Assembly (NCBI RefSeq): GCF_006345805.1
Contig: NC_043013.1
Coordinates: 25,482,001 to 25,546,000 of the forward strand
Source: Octopus sinensis
Lineage: Eukaryota
Reading direction: 5' to 3'
DNA: 64,000 nt
Both the position numbers and the translations under genes were made by a program. The first letter of the stretch is position 1; each line of letters opens with the position of its first letter. The notes below the pieces were generated by a model. That model had not been told where the DNA came from. It did no database searches and saw only the letters and a program-made list of their open reading frames with translations. Shown piece after piece: positions 1 through 12,947 of this stretch.

Positions 1-739
1 ATAAGAAGTAGATAAGCATCAAACATTACAAACTATTCACTAGCTTGCTGCATGTCGTTTAAAACCATCTGAGAGTGAAATTTAAAATGGATTGGCTTTC
101 CCCAGAGTCTATGGTGGAAGCTCATCGACAAGTGAAAAGAACACATACATCTACAGGTGTTTCTTAACATTTTTGGCTGTATTCTCCTCGATACAATTTC
201 ACCAATCTGATTTCAATTCACACATAAGTAAAATAAAATGTAAAAAAAACAAACAAACAAAAGAGCCTTTATACAACACAATTTATTGTACGGCAGTCTT
301 AGCATTAGTATGCTGGCATCACATAATGAAACAGCCACTACATTCTTTGAAGTGGTTGGCATTAAGTTGTTTCTATACAGCCATAGAAACCCAACCAAAA
401 CAGTCGACTGGAGCCTAGTATAGCCCTCCAGTTTGCCAGCTCTTGTCGAGCTGTCCAACCTATAACAGCACAAAAGACAGACATTGAAGAAATTGAATCA
501 TGCAAATTCAGTAAATAATGAAAATAATTTTTAATCAAAAATCAATTTCGCCCACAGGAATCTCTAAATTCCCCTTTGTTGAATCTTGAAATTTCCCCTT
601 TGTTCAGAATTGAAAATCTAATGTATCTGAGGGGGAAATTGAAGAAACTCACCAGGACCAGGACATCCTGGCTAGATTACTGTCCACTGAAGTGTCTGCA
701 TGTATAGAATATCATTTGATAAGGCCACACTTGGCCCAT

Positions 740-888
740 AAATTCAATCTGTTGTGTGTATAAACTGGCTAGACCTGGCCTCTCACACCAACCCTATAAC
801 ATCAAAATATTGATGCTACAAGATAATGAATGATTAATTCAAAACAAGCATTACATTTGATGGAATAATCTGAATGCTAAAGTGTTAA
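740..888 (-). mobile_element. Partial TTAA-ended (piggyBac-type) MITE, family 1
   Basis: Ends in ctgaatgctaaagtgTTAA; homologous to copies at 4764-4993 and 11083-11289. Confidence 0.55.
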
Positions 889-989
889 TTAATGTTAATG
901 ATGATTAACATTAATTGCTAAATACATATTTAATCTTGCTGCAAAAAATATATGTATTTTATATTCTAGTATAACCAGTCCACTCAAAA

Positions 990-1410
990 AGTACCTTGGA
1001 TCATAGGGTGACATGCCGTGCATGAGGAGACCTATCAAGTCAAGTACATCAACAGCAATATCAAATCAAATGGAAATTGTAGTTGTGACCCCCATGCTGG
1101 TAGCATGTAAAAAGCACCATCTGAACGTGGCTGATGCCAGTGCCACTTTGACTGGCTTCCATGCTGGTGGCATGTAAAAAGCACCATCCAATTGTGGTCA
1201 ATGCCAGCTCCTCTGGCCCCTGTGCTGGTGGCACACAAAAAGAACCCACTATACTCTTGGAGCGGTTGGCGTTAGAAAGGGCATCCAGCTGTAGAAACAC
1301 TGTCAGATCAGATTGGGGCCTGGTGCAGCCACCTGGCGCCCCAGACCCCAGTTGAACCGTCCAACCCATGCCAGCATGGAAAACGGACGTTAAATGATGA
1401 TGATGATGAG
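990..1410 (+). mobile_element. SINE family C (RTE-type tail, (GAT)n end, internal repeats)
   Basis: Shared core ggcgttagaaagggcatccagctgtagaaac...ccatgccagcatggaaaacggacgttaaatgatgatg, also seen at 2310, 34247, 46925, 51080 and 62880. Confidence 0.8.
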
Positions 1411-1740
1411 TATGGAAAGCAGAACTTTTTCTTTTACATCCCTGCAATTGTGATACAAATTATCAACAACAGTTACATTCATTTAAGTTTTCCAATACAA
1501 GGCTACAATGGCCATCTTACACAGACTGTATGTAGCTTTAATAACTAATAATTTTTCATTTTAGATAATCAACAATGTGTTGACTGATGTAAATGTTGGT
1601 TGATTGGTTGGTTAGTCAGTTTCTTCCGTCAGGCTTGGCTGAGAAAAAAGAAGAGAGAGTAAAAGACAGTTAACATGAAAGGCACAGGATGGGTGCACAT
1701 ACAAAGCTAAGTGGCATGCAATGAATAAAGGAGCACTATA

Positions 1741-1958
1741 TGAAGCGGGTGCTGAAAAGTTCCTGGATTTAAGGGTATCAGGAAAGGCCTGGTCAGAGAC
1801 CCAACCTTCTGAGTTCTTTTACAGGGCTTAGAACAACTGAAGGACCATTGCAATGAGTGAGTGAATCTGAGAGAAATATGTTGAATAAACTCATAATTAA
1901 CTGATCCTCCTGTATTTTCTTCTACCTAAAACCAGGAACTTTTCAGCAATCCCTTTCA
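1741..1958 (+). mobile_element. Mariner-derived MITE
   Basis: TIRs gggtgctgaaaagttcctgg / ccaggaacttttcagcaatccc; TA at left end; internal remnant of transposase C-terminus (HCNE*VNL..YVE*). Confidence 0.75.
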
Positions 1959-2309
1959 ACACAGAGTAAGGGAGAAAGAATCAGAGATTGAGGAGGAGGC
2001 GAGGTGGTAAATGGCAGAATATTTATGCAAATGAGAGATTTGTTTGATTAATTTTCCTTTAATCTTTTATCCTTTCCTAGTTTGTCATTAGACTGCAGTG
2101 ATGCTGGGGGACCCCCTTGAAGAATTTTACTTGAACGAATTGACCGCAGTACTTATTTATGTTTGTAAAGCTTGGCACTTATTCTGTCAGTATCTTTTGT
2201 CAAACTACTATGTTACAGGAAGATAAACACACAAACACTGGTTGTCAAGTGGTGGTGGTGGTGGGAGGACAAACACAGAGACATATAACAGGCTTCTTTC
2301 AGTTTCCAT

Positions 2310-2840
2310 AGACTCATGGAGGCAATGTGACCGATGCCCATGGTGCACAGCTGGCATGTAATAAGCACCTTTTGAGTGTTGGGCCTCATGGAAGCAACTG
2401 GTACCCATGCCGGTGGCATGTAAGGAGCACCTGTCAAGTGTTGGGCTTCATGGAGGCAATGTGGCTGAAGCTAGTGTGGCATGAGTGGCACCTGTGCCAG
2501 TGGCATGTAAAAAGCACCTTTCGAAAATTGGGCCTCATGGAGCCAATGACCAATGACTGAGACCTTTGGCAAAATGCTGTGCTTGAGAAGATCCTATCAA
2601 GCCAACTGAAATTGTAGTCATGGTAGATACTGGTGCCATGCAACTGGCACCTGTGCAGGTGGCACGTAACAGCACACATTACACTCTTGGAGTGGTTGGT
2701 GTTAGGAAGGGCATCCAGCTGTAGAAACCATGCTAAGTCAGACTGGAGTCTGGTGCAACCCCTCGGCTTACCAGCCCTGGTCAAACTGTCCAACCAATGC
2801 GAGCATGGACAACGGATATTGAAAGATGGTGATGATGATA
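2310..2840 (+). mobile_element. SINE family C copy
   Basis: Same core and gatgatgat tail as 990-1410. Confidence 0.75.
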
Positions 2841-4334
2841 ATGATGAAGGCTTTGGTCAGTCTGAGGCCATAGAAGATATTTGCCCAAGGTGGGACTGAA
2901 CCTAGAACCATTTAGTTGAGAAGCAAGCTTGTTAACACAGTGCCACTCCCTTAAGGTAATAAAACAGTTTTCTTTTGAAAATTATTATTCATTAATTTGA
3001 TATTTCGTTTTGGTCAAGAATGGAAGGTTTGTTATGGGACAGTGAGTTTGGTGTGCTGACAGATTCCCCCACCCCTCACCCTCTGTCAGCTTTTACGGTA
3101 AGCATTCAATAGTTTCACTCCCTACTTCTTTAAATAAATTGGCTGAATATTCCACACATGTGTACCCCTCGAGTAATTCCACAACTGAATCACCATGACA
3201 ATACAAACTAAAGAGTTGGTTCAATGGATGGACTCTCACAGAGTTTTTTTTGTCTCATTGATTCCATGCACAAAACTCTCATTGACTCGAAATTATGTTT
3301 GGCATGTTATAATTATTAAATGAACTCCTTATCTACCCAGTTAGACCTGCGACCACATATTGTACACACACACACACATTATATTGCACATATTCTTTTA
3401 CTTGTTTCAGTCATTTGACTGTGGCCATGCCTTTAGTCAAGCAAATATATCCCAGGGTTTATTCTTTGTAAGCCTAGTACTTATTCTGAAAATATTTACT
3501 TTTTTTTTTTTCAAAAAAGGCATCACCTATAGTTTTTAAGTTCATAGTGCCACAAAATTGGCCAAAATCGGTCCAGGGTGGGGGCGTGTGGAGGGGAGTT
3601 ATAAAATAAAAAATTTTCAAAAGATTTTTTTTGTTAAAAAGGTGTTCCAGATCATTTCCAAAGGCACTGTGAAAAAAAATCTAAAAAATCCACATCAAAA
3701 CAGAGAAATTCCAACTTGCGTTTGCTACTTATCTCTGATGTCTGCCCAAATTATTTCCCACAAAAATTAGTCATCACTTACACAACACACAAATCTGTAT
3801 GTACATGCAGGAGTTATACATTTCACACACATGCACATGTACACACTCACACATACATGTGTATATATATATATATATATATATGCACACAAATTATATA
3901 TCATTATCATTTTCAACTTTTCCATGCTTGCAAGAACCAGAATTTATGTCAGTAGATTTCCTACAGCTGGATGCCCTTCCTGTCACCAGCCTTCATCTGT
4001 TTCCAAGCAAGGAAATATTTCCCCCATTATGCAGAATACTAGAAATGAATGATACCGCTTATATGACAGTGACACTCACTCACTACTTTGATGTGAGAAT
4101 GACAAGGAGACACACAAAATAAATGTTGTGTATGCTGTGTCAAATGAAGGCACAGACTTAACATTTTGGGTAGGTTCCCTCTGTCGGAGAAGAAATCTAG
4201 AGAGAAAGGTAGCAGTGTATATGTGTAGTAAAGAGGATGGTTACCAGAAATAAGAAGCAATGATGATTTGTGTCTCCATGAAACTGTGTTGGATAAGGTG
4301 TTGCATGAAACGGCAATATATAATCTTTTTATCT

Positions 4335-4670
4335 TTTACTTGTTGCAGCCACTGGACTGTGGCCATGCTGGAGTTTAATCAAACCCCAGCATGGCCACAT
4401 TTGTGTGATTAAACAAGTCCCCCACCTCCATTATTTTGTTTTTGAGTCTCTTTTACTGAAGCACTAAGTTACAGGGACATAAACAAACCAACACCAGTTA
4501 TCAAGCAGTGTGGAGGGGTAAGAAATATAGACAATTTCTATATATCAAATTCTCTCACAAGATCAGGGCTATGGTAGAAGACGCTTGCCCAAGGTGCTGT
4601 GCAATGGGACCGAACCTCGAACCAGCCTGATTCCAAAGCAAGCTTCTTCACCACACAGCCATGCCTGTGC
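4335..4670 (-). mobile_element. tRNA-derived SINE family A, degenerate
   Basis: Reverse complement of the family A copy at 18617; similar copies near 2080, 6160, 8390, 9125, 15260, 20100, 23460, 35970, 50310 and 57400. Confidence 0.75.
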
Positions 4671-4763
4671 CAATGTGATATCCCTTTCCACCAAAATCAT
4701 ATTTCATCATACATATATGCTTGATAATAAGGCAGTTAGGCACTATTTTAAGGTAGTTGACTA

Positions 4764-4993
4764 TTAACACTTTAGCATTCAGATTACTGTCAAAAGTAAT
4801 GCTTATTTATCCACATTTTTTTCAAAAACGGATCCTCAGATTTTCTTGCAACTTTGAGATTTCAAAGATGTGATTATTTGTTTTTAGAACAACATTACAG
4901 GGTAGGTACAAGAGGCTGGATCTAGCCATTTAAAACCTAAAACAAATAGATTATTTGGGCTGGATCTGGCCAGTTTAAATGTTAAAGGATTAA
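4764..4993 (+). mobile_element. TTAA-ended (piggyBac-type) MITE, family 1
   Basis: TTAAcactttagcattcag ... tttaaatgttaaaggaTTAA: terminal inverted repeats with TTAA at both ends. Confidence 0.7.
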
Positions 4994-5224
4994 CCTGGAA
5001 GCAACCACAATTTTCCTTCTTTAGTTGCTCCCATTCTGATAATGTTATCAACAGCAAAACAAAGTATATAATTCTGTTAAAACAATTACTGCATTATCAT
5101 TATTTTTTCATGCATCAAAGAACATTTGCAAACGAGTCTCCTAATTAATTACTCGATTTTAAATATTTACTGCTACTTCATCTGATAATCTAACTTGGTT
5201 GTTCCTATTAAGCATGTAGTGAAA

Positions 5225-5540
5225 GCGCATAGCTTAATGGCTAAAGTCTCTGGCTTAAACTCTAAAGTTGTGACTTCGATTCCCAGTGACACATTGTGTT
5301 CTTGAGCAAAACCCTTTACTTCACGTTGCTCCAGTCCATTCAGCCTGCAATAATGTTTAGTACCTGTATTTCAAAGGGCCAGCCTCGTCATACTCTGTGA
5401 CACACTGAATCTCCCCGAACTACGTTAAGGGTACATGCATCTGTGTAGTGCTCAGCCATTTGCACATTCATTTCATGCACGGGCTGTCCTATCGATTGGA
5501 TTACCTGGAACACAGGTCATCGTAACCAACAGAATGCCAA
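5225..5540 (+). mobile_element. tRNA-derived SINE family D, degenerate
   Basis: tagcttaatgg A-box-like and gacttcgattccc B-box-like head; body (gtatttcaaagggccagcc...aactacgttaagggtac) shared with 19445 and 54497. Confidence 0.7.
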
Positions 5541-5666
5541 TATTAAGCCTGCAGATTTTCTTCAGACTTTGATTTATTTTCTCTTTCAACTTGAAAAACA
5601 CAACCTACATGTACATTATTCATTATTTACAACAGATGGATAGGTGTCCCCACCTTGTTTGTTGTT

Positions 5667-5712
5667 ATCACAATGTTTTGGTTGATATACTCTCCAGCCT
5701 TCATCAGGTGTT
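5667..5712 (-). ncRNA. Minimal type-I hammerhead ribozyme, degenerate
   Basis: Minus strand: AACAC CTGATGA A GGCTG gagagtatat CAACC AAAAC ATT GTGAT; GAAAC mutated to AAAAC. Confidence 0.6.
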
Positions 5713-5970
5713 CTGGTGGAATTTTCGAAGCCAACCCTTTATTTGACTAATGGGGTACACTGTTCTCATTCCTAAGGTATGTTGCTGATGTTATTTTTCT
5801 GTTGATATTATTTTTCAAGTCCCTGCCTGGGATTGAATTTAGAATCCAAGGGTTAGTAACCCGTGCTCTTATTCACTGTGCTATATGCCCGTACCTTAGC
5901 AACATACCTCAGGAATGAGGACAGAGTACCCCATTAGTCAAATAAAGGGTTGGGGTTGAAATTCCACCAG

Positions 5971-6013
5971 GATACCTGATGAAGGCTGGAGAGTAAATCA
6001 GCCAAAACGTGTT
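5971..6013 (+). ncRNA. Minimal type-I hammerhead ribozyme, degenerate
   Basis: GATAC CTGATGA A GGCTG gagagtaaat CAGCC AAAAC GTGTT; core intact except G12 and the cleavage triplet. Confidence 0.65.
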
Positions 6014-7184
6014 AACAACAAACAAGATGAGGACACCTGTCCGTCCACTGTAAATAATGTACACAATTCCTCATCCCAAAAATATACAAAAGTACAACCT
6101 AAATGTTTCTATTCATTTTGAGAATGACCAAAATTTGAAAGTAAAATCTTTTATCATTTATTGGTTTCAGTCATTGGGCTTCAAAGAAATTTTTAGTTGA
6201 ATGAATTGAGCCCAGCACTTGTATCCTTTTAAAGCCCAATACTTATTCTATTGGATCCTTTAGCGGAACCACTAAATTATGGGAATATAAACAAACCGAC
6301 ACCAGTGATCAAGTAGTCGAGTGATGGTGAGGAACAAAAACACACACGACAGGTTTCTTTCTATCAAATCCATTCACAAGTCTTTGGTTGGCCTGGTGAT
6401 TTAGTAGCAGACACTTGCCCAAGGTGTCACATAATGGGACTGAACCTGGAATCATGTGGTTGATATCCAGTTCTTTTCATCATTAAGCTGACATTTGAAA
6501 TGTAACTGCTTAATAAAAGATTCTTGCATAACATTATAAAGGACGATTTGAATTTAAATTAGAGCAATTTCAAGTGGGTAGGTTTTTCTTTTGTATCAAA
6601 GAAGCAGATATGGTCACAGCATGTTGCAACTAAAAGAGATAAAATATAAATAAATAGGGCTGAGGAGGATCAATGATGGATTATTAAGGTGTCAGAAACT
6701 TGGCTGAACTCATGAGCTGCTATCCTATTGCAACAGTGATGCAGCATTAATCACAAGAATAACAAACTCTGCTGTGCATATCTGACACTGGAGTAAGAAA
6801 ATGATTTTGTGATACTTTGCTGAATTAGCTAGAAACAAATAAGTGTTTTTGTAGTTTATATTCCCAGTTTGAATCCTCTTTCACAGCAGAGTGGATCAGT
6901 TGAAAATTTAAATGTATCAAATATATTCAAAATATTCTAAAATGCTTTATGAAACATAGAAAAGTTGAAAAAATATTGCAGATATTAAAGAACAAAAACA
7001 ATCATTAAAGTAGGATTAATAACATCAAAGCAGTTGATCACAAATTTTTTAATTCATTAATCTGAAGAAAAGGGACACTGCTAATTGTTGAACTGGGTCC
7101 TTCTAATCTGGGTGATGAGGGAGAGCAGCAAGGAAATTTGTGAAAAATTGGTAACAACAAAGCATTCTTCAGCAAAGGAACAAT

Positions 7185-7560
7185 TTAACCCTTTTGATAC
7201 CAACCCTTGAGGCAATCCCCTACTTCTATGACAGAATTTTTTAAATTATTTAAATTAAGAACTTCCATAAAAAAAAATTCTTGTTAATTTATGTTCCAAA
7301 CACCAGTTTAATAATCCCTTTTATAATAGGCACACGGCCAGAAATTTTGGGGGTTGGGGCTCGTCAATTACATTGACCCCAGCACTGAATGTACTCATTT
7401 TATCAACTCTGAAAGGATGAATAGCTAAGTCAACCTCAGCAGAATATGAACTCAGGATGTAAAGATGGAAGAAATACTGTAAAGCATTTTGCCCAACACT
7501 AGTTTAATAATAGCAAATTCATTATTTTAAAAATTAATTGAATTTGTTTAATGTACTTCA
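7185..7560 (+). mobile_element. TTAA-ended MITE (family 2) interrupted by a SINE
   Basis: Starts TTAAcccttttgataccaacc; homologous in reverse to 52408-52634; SINE insert ~7316-7494 flanked by a 17-bp near-direct repeat. Confidence 0.55.
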
Positions 7561-10500
7561 AAAGAAATATGGCAACAAATGGTTGGTATGATTTCTATAT
7601 AATTGTAGATGTATTATCTACACACATATTTAGAACTTCTTGTTAGACAAATGTTTCATAGGAGAGTATTTTTCTCATATTTTGCAACCTAATTGAAGCA
7701 CCAGTATGAAAGCAGAAATTAGATATTTGATTAGAAAGCCACCTTTTGTGAAAAGCCTTCTAACAATAACTGTTGAGTCTTTTTCAACCACAAAATACAT
7801 TCCCCCACTACTCAAAGTTATGTGCCAGCAGCTTAGCTGTTTGACATATTTCCCACATATCTACAACCACTCCAGCTACGACACTACAACTGTTACCACA
7901 AGTTGTTAGTACTGTTATAGGCTTTGCCAATATCCAAATTGCTGTTAATTCAGGGGGGAAAAAAATCAACACAATTTAGGAATTTTGAGATGAGTCAAAG
8001 AGCTAAATAAAATGTTCACTGAACTCAAAGTACTACAATTAAACTGACTAATATACTACAATGTGGTTTACTCAACACAGACCCAACTGGGGTTTCTCAA
8101 TAACACCAATAACTAAATGTTGCACAGATTTTTTTTTCTTCTTCCCCATGAAGCTAACCTTAAAATAACATGTACAAATTTCCTCTCTTCAGCCTCTCCT
8201 ATTTATGGAAACCTTCATCCACATGAAGACAGAAGTAAAGAAATATTTATTAGAACACAAATTCATCAATAAAAACAGAGAAATTCCTAGATACTGCAAC
8301 AATTAAAAAGAAGACAGATCAGTAATTAGTGCTTCACATATCAGCTTAAATCACCTGTCTGCACACTTCTGCCTCACTCTCTTTATCTTTTAGTTGTTTC
8401 AGACAGGAGACTTCAAGAATTTCAGTCAAATGAATCAACCCTAATATTTAGTAGTTTTTTAAAAATATTTTTTGAATCTGGTATTTATTCTTTCGGTCTC
8501 TTTTGCCAAACTACTAAATTATGAAGCTATAAATACCCCAGCACCAGTTGTCAAGTTGTAGTGGGGTAAAAACACCAACATACGACAGGCTTCTTTACGC
8601 TTGCCCAAAATGTCATGCAGTGAGACTGAACCTGGAACCATGTGGTTGGGAAGCAAACTTCTTACCACACAGCCACACTTACGCCCATAAAATGATTTCA
8701 TGAGTGGGTGCAACCACAGTAATGTACAAATGAATTTTGTTAGTCTGCGTCACTGAATTCCAATGTTCTGAAGGAAAGCTCCAGTTAGATTTATTTGTTG
8801 CAGAATATTATACAGTGATGCTCTAACAAATGAAATGATTCCAAGATTCACTCTCACAGCATATTCTCAGTTTTCCTTCAAATTTGTTTGGAATTATTGA
8901 TCTCTGAGGATTTGGAATACAGATGAGTGAGATACAAAATTGAATTTCACTGGGAATAGGGTGCAGTTATCTGATATTTATCAGCACATCGACCCAAGAG
9001 TTGAAATTCAAAGCCAATACAAAATTCAAATCCAGAATATAGAGGGACAAAAAAACAAACTAAGAACTTGGTTGCTTCTACTTACTTTCTACCATTATGT
9101 ATCATTATTTGACTGATCTTTTAGTTTTTACTTGTTTCAATATTGGACTATAGCCATGCTGGGACATGACATTGAAGGGCTTATTTAGTCAAACAAATTG
9201 AATCCAGAACTTAGTATTTTTTTTAAAGCCTGTCTGGTACTTATTCTATTGGTCTTTTATGCTGAACTGTTATGTTATGGGGATATAAACAAACCAACAC
9301 CAGTTGCTGAGTAGTGATGGGGAACAAATGCAAAAGACACACACACACACACACACGTGTGTGTGTGTGCACATGATGGATTTCTTTCAGTTTCAATCTA
9401 CCAAAGCATTTCACAAGGCTTCAGTTGGACCAGGAGTATAATAGAAGACACTTGCCCTAAGGAGCGACAGGCTAGGATTGAACTCAGAGCAATGTGGTTG
9501 AAAAGCAGGCTTACCATACAAGTATGCTTGCACTATCAAAAGGTAAAATGTTGAAAATCTTTAATAATAAATTAGACTTGAAAATATTGTGTGATGGTAA
9601 GTCATACAATTATTTTAGTTCTTTGAGCACCAGCAGGGAGTACAACAAATAATCTAGCACAGCCCAGCCTTTGTGGCACTGAGGTTCAACAAAGCAAACT
9701 AAGAAAATATTCAAGTATATACTGTAATAGGGAACTGTACCAACATGTGAACAAAATTTTAAAAAGTGGCACTCTGTTTCCAGTAGATCCTATCAATGGA
9801 ACAGCCTGCTCATAAAATTTAACATCCAAGTGGCTGAGCACTCTACAAACATGAATACCGTTAATGTAGTTCTCAGGTGACACAGAATCTTTTCTACTCT
9901 AGGTACAAGGCTTGAAATTTTTTTAGGGAGGGGGCCAGTCGATTAGATCAACCCCAGTGTGCAACTGGCACTTAATTTATCGACCCGAAAGGACGAAAGG
10001 CAAAATTGACCTCAGCAGAATTTGAACTCAGAACGTAAAGCATGCCACAGAATGCGACAAAGTTGACTCTATGAAATACAGGTACAGTTCATTTTTATCA
10101 GCTGAGTGAACTGGAGCAATGTAAAGTGTCTTGCCCAAGAACACAATGTACTGCTGGCTATTGAATTTATGGCTTCATAGCCAAATACATTAAACACCAA
10201 ACCACACATTGAAATAGACATATAATTTAAGCTGATGTTTAAAACATAAAACTACTTCAGAAAAGGTTCTCACATTATCATCATGGAAAGTTTTAATTTA
10301 AAGAATAAGAATTTAAAACAACTTAAAAAAAAACAAAAAATCAATGAAGCAAGTATGGTAACTTGGGCATTCAAATAATACATAACTGATGTAAAGTGTA
10401 ACTTTTTGATTAAAATTGGTACTGATGAACCAATGAGGTGGAGGGGTGGGCGGGCTTCTACAATGTTACTTACCCTGTTGGAAATAGCAGCCAAATCTCT

Positions 10501-11082
10501 TAAATTGCATTTCTCAAATTCTTTACACACAGAAAAAAAAGGGCAAGATGGTCATGGCAGGAATACCTCTGAGCATAGGCTGACCAGGAGCCAAATATCT
10601 GACCTCTTCTAGCATTAATTACAGGATGATAATTTGAATTGGATATTTTACTTAAACATTTTCAAAATCTAAATCCAACAGGTTTCATTCGATTAAACTG
10701 AATAGAATTTTGAATTATTATTTGCAGTCACATCACTGAAGACTGTCTCCGAGTTAGCTTCTGTCATATTCTGGGGAATAATTATCATCTATTCTTGAAT
10801 TGCTTTTACTGTTTAGCCCCAAGTGAGTCTTAACCATGACCAAAACATGGCAAAGTTTACTTAAGACCACATTATCCTGTGTTCTTTAATAAAAGATCTG
10901 AGAGATCTGACTTATTTATTGCAAGTTAAGCAACCACATTGAGGTTCCTTGATGGCTCATTCTTTGAATTGTAATTAGGTTCTTGTGGGGTGTTAGCAGT
11001 GAGATTGTTTTAAGCAGCTCAACCAGTTAACACTGAATACAATAATTAGTTAAATTAGGTGCAAATGTTATGAATCCTACTA

Positions 11083-11289
11083 TTTAGCATTTAAACAGAC
11101 CATATATTCCACCTATTTTATGTTCAAACTGACAAGATCAGGCCTCTCACACCAACCCTACAATATCATTCTAAAAATTAACAGTTACTTCATCAAAATC
11201 TCAAAGCTACAAGATAATGCATGATTCATTCAAAACTGTGAATAAATAAGCATTGCATTTGACACAAAAAACCTGAATGCTAAAGGGTT
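11083..11289 (-). mobile_element. TTAA-type MITE, family 1 copy
   Basis: tttagcatttaaac ... ctgaatgctaaagggtt; matches 4764-4993 in reverse. Confidence 0.65.
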
Positions 11290-12428
11290 GTGTTGGGGAC
11301 TAATCTAGAACTAAATGAGGAAAAGGGGATATATTTTAAAAAAATTAATGGATACAAACTTGAAATCAACAAGTCTTGTTAATTCCTTTCCTTCATATTA
11401 AGCTTAACCATTATTGACACACACACACATTTACATTATTGTAATCTCTTAAAATTTGAAAGCATTTGTCAATAATGATGTTTGATTTAGATAAGATAGT
11501 GTTTTAACATTTAGTGACAGATGCAGGTGGTTTGTTTCAACAAAAGCATTAAAAGCTACTTGTGAAATGTGAAGACGAGTTACCTTCGTTGAAACCAAAA
11601 TAATATATGGCTTTGATTAAAAAAGACTACTTATATTGGTAAATAGTCAGTTTATAAAGAAACATATATATATATATAAGAGATATACATAAATATATAT
11701 ATATATACATAAATATATATATATAATACTTCCACAGTACCAACTTAATCTTTATTTTAAATGTCATATGGTATAGGGTACTTTAAATTTAATCTAAAAT
11801 TCTCAGAGAAGTATAATATTATAGCAGGAATAAATTAATATTCTGAACATTGGTAAATCAAGAGTGTGAGATGTACCCTTATTCTCTTTACGAAATGAGA
11901 TGTTAATCGACTGATGCAAAGTTTCAGACGTAGCATGCAATTTCTTTGTAACAAAAGATCTACTCTCTCAAAGTAAGATTCAGACGGAGAATAAAAAAAT
12001 AATAATACGATACTGATCTAAATGAAGAATATTTTTAAAGGTTGAAAAATTATGAATCTGAACAGCTATGCCAGGATCCTCACCACCATCGCCGAATTGA
12101 ATGCTAAATGTTATGTGATCAGTTCTGCTTTAAGACATTCAATCTTACACATGCACGATTAAATATGAATGAAAAGGATGCATGCAACATTCCGTCGGTT
12201 GAGAAAACCAAATATCTTTAGCTGATTAGAAATATCTCTGAAGTTATAAAGAACTTGGGATTCGTTCGAAGTAACTTTTTAATGCCTTTTTCTTTTTTTG
12301 TGTGATTTTTTTTTATTGCTTTCGAGCCAACTGCTGATGGTGTGGAGATACATATAATTTTGATGGTGTTAGTTTATTGCTAACCAGAGTTTCGCCTGGA
12401 GGTGAACAGGCTCTTGTGGTTAAGAGAT

Positions 12429-12459
<31 letters not shown>

Positions 12460-12947
12460 TGAATGAGAGAGAAAAAGAGAGATTTAGCTTTTAATCCACT
12501 TGAAAGGGTCAGTCCTTGTATTTTAAAACAGTATATTGACTGAAGATAATAATGTGGAGGTAATTTTTTTTGTTTGTGTCTGTTCGCATGTGTGTGTGTG
12601 TGTGTACTACACACACATGTGCTCGTATGCGTATGATATACTGGTGTTAATATATTGTATAGTAATTAAGAAAATAATAATAAAAAAGGGGGGCACTTCA
12701 TTTGCTTTTAATACATGCATATATGAGAAAATTTAAAGTTTGTGTTGCAAAATATTGCCGACTTCGAAGGGAAGAAAGAATAGAACAAAGTGGTAGCGGA
12801 GAAAAAGGTAAAATAACAAGTGAGCGAAGAAGGAAAACAATAAATGAAGATATAGAGAGAGTGGATAGAGTAAAGAAGTGAGTCTAGCTATGTACATAGA
12901 AGGTTAGTAGTAGAAAATATGTAAAAGTAAGAAAATGTGAATATTAC

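Larger units (their letters stand above)
5621..6059. mobile_element. Inverted-repeat cassette: two ~160-bp Penelope-LTR-like arms, each with a hammerhead motif, around a tRNA-like head
   Basis: Arms 5621-5785 and 5899-6059 are reverse complements with mismatches; tRNA-like segment on minus strand at 5820-5891. Confidence 0.75.

Noticed and set aside
650-692. Minus-strand 43-nt candidate exon with GTGAGT donor
   Set aside because: Wrong phase for the ZIP exon and no ZIP similarity
4039-4260. Possible second ZIP exon (MLSLCLHL)
   Set aside because: No CPALL motif and no convincing donor
10468-10520. Minus-strand micro-exon EFEKCNLRDLAAISNR with GTAAGT donor
   Set aside because: Lies in a SINE-like remnant, and its phase is incompatible with the phase-0 ZIP exon
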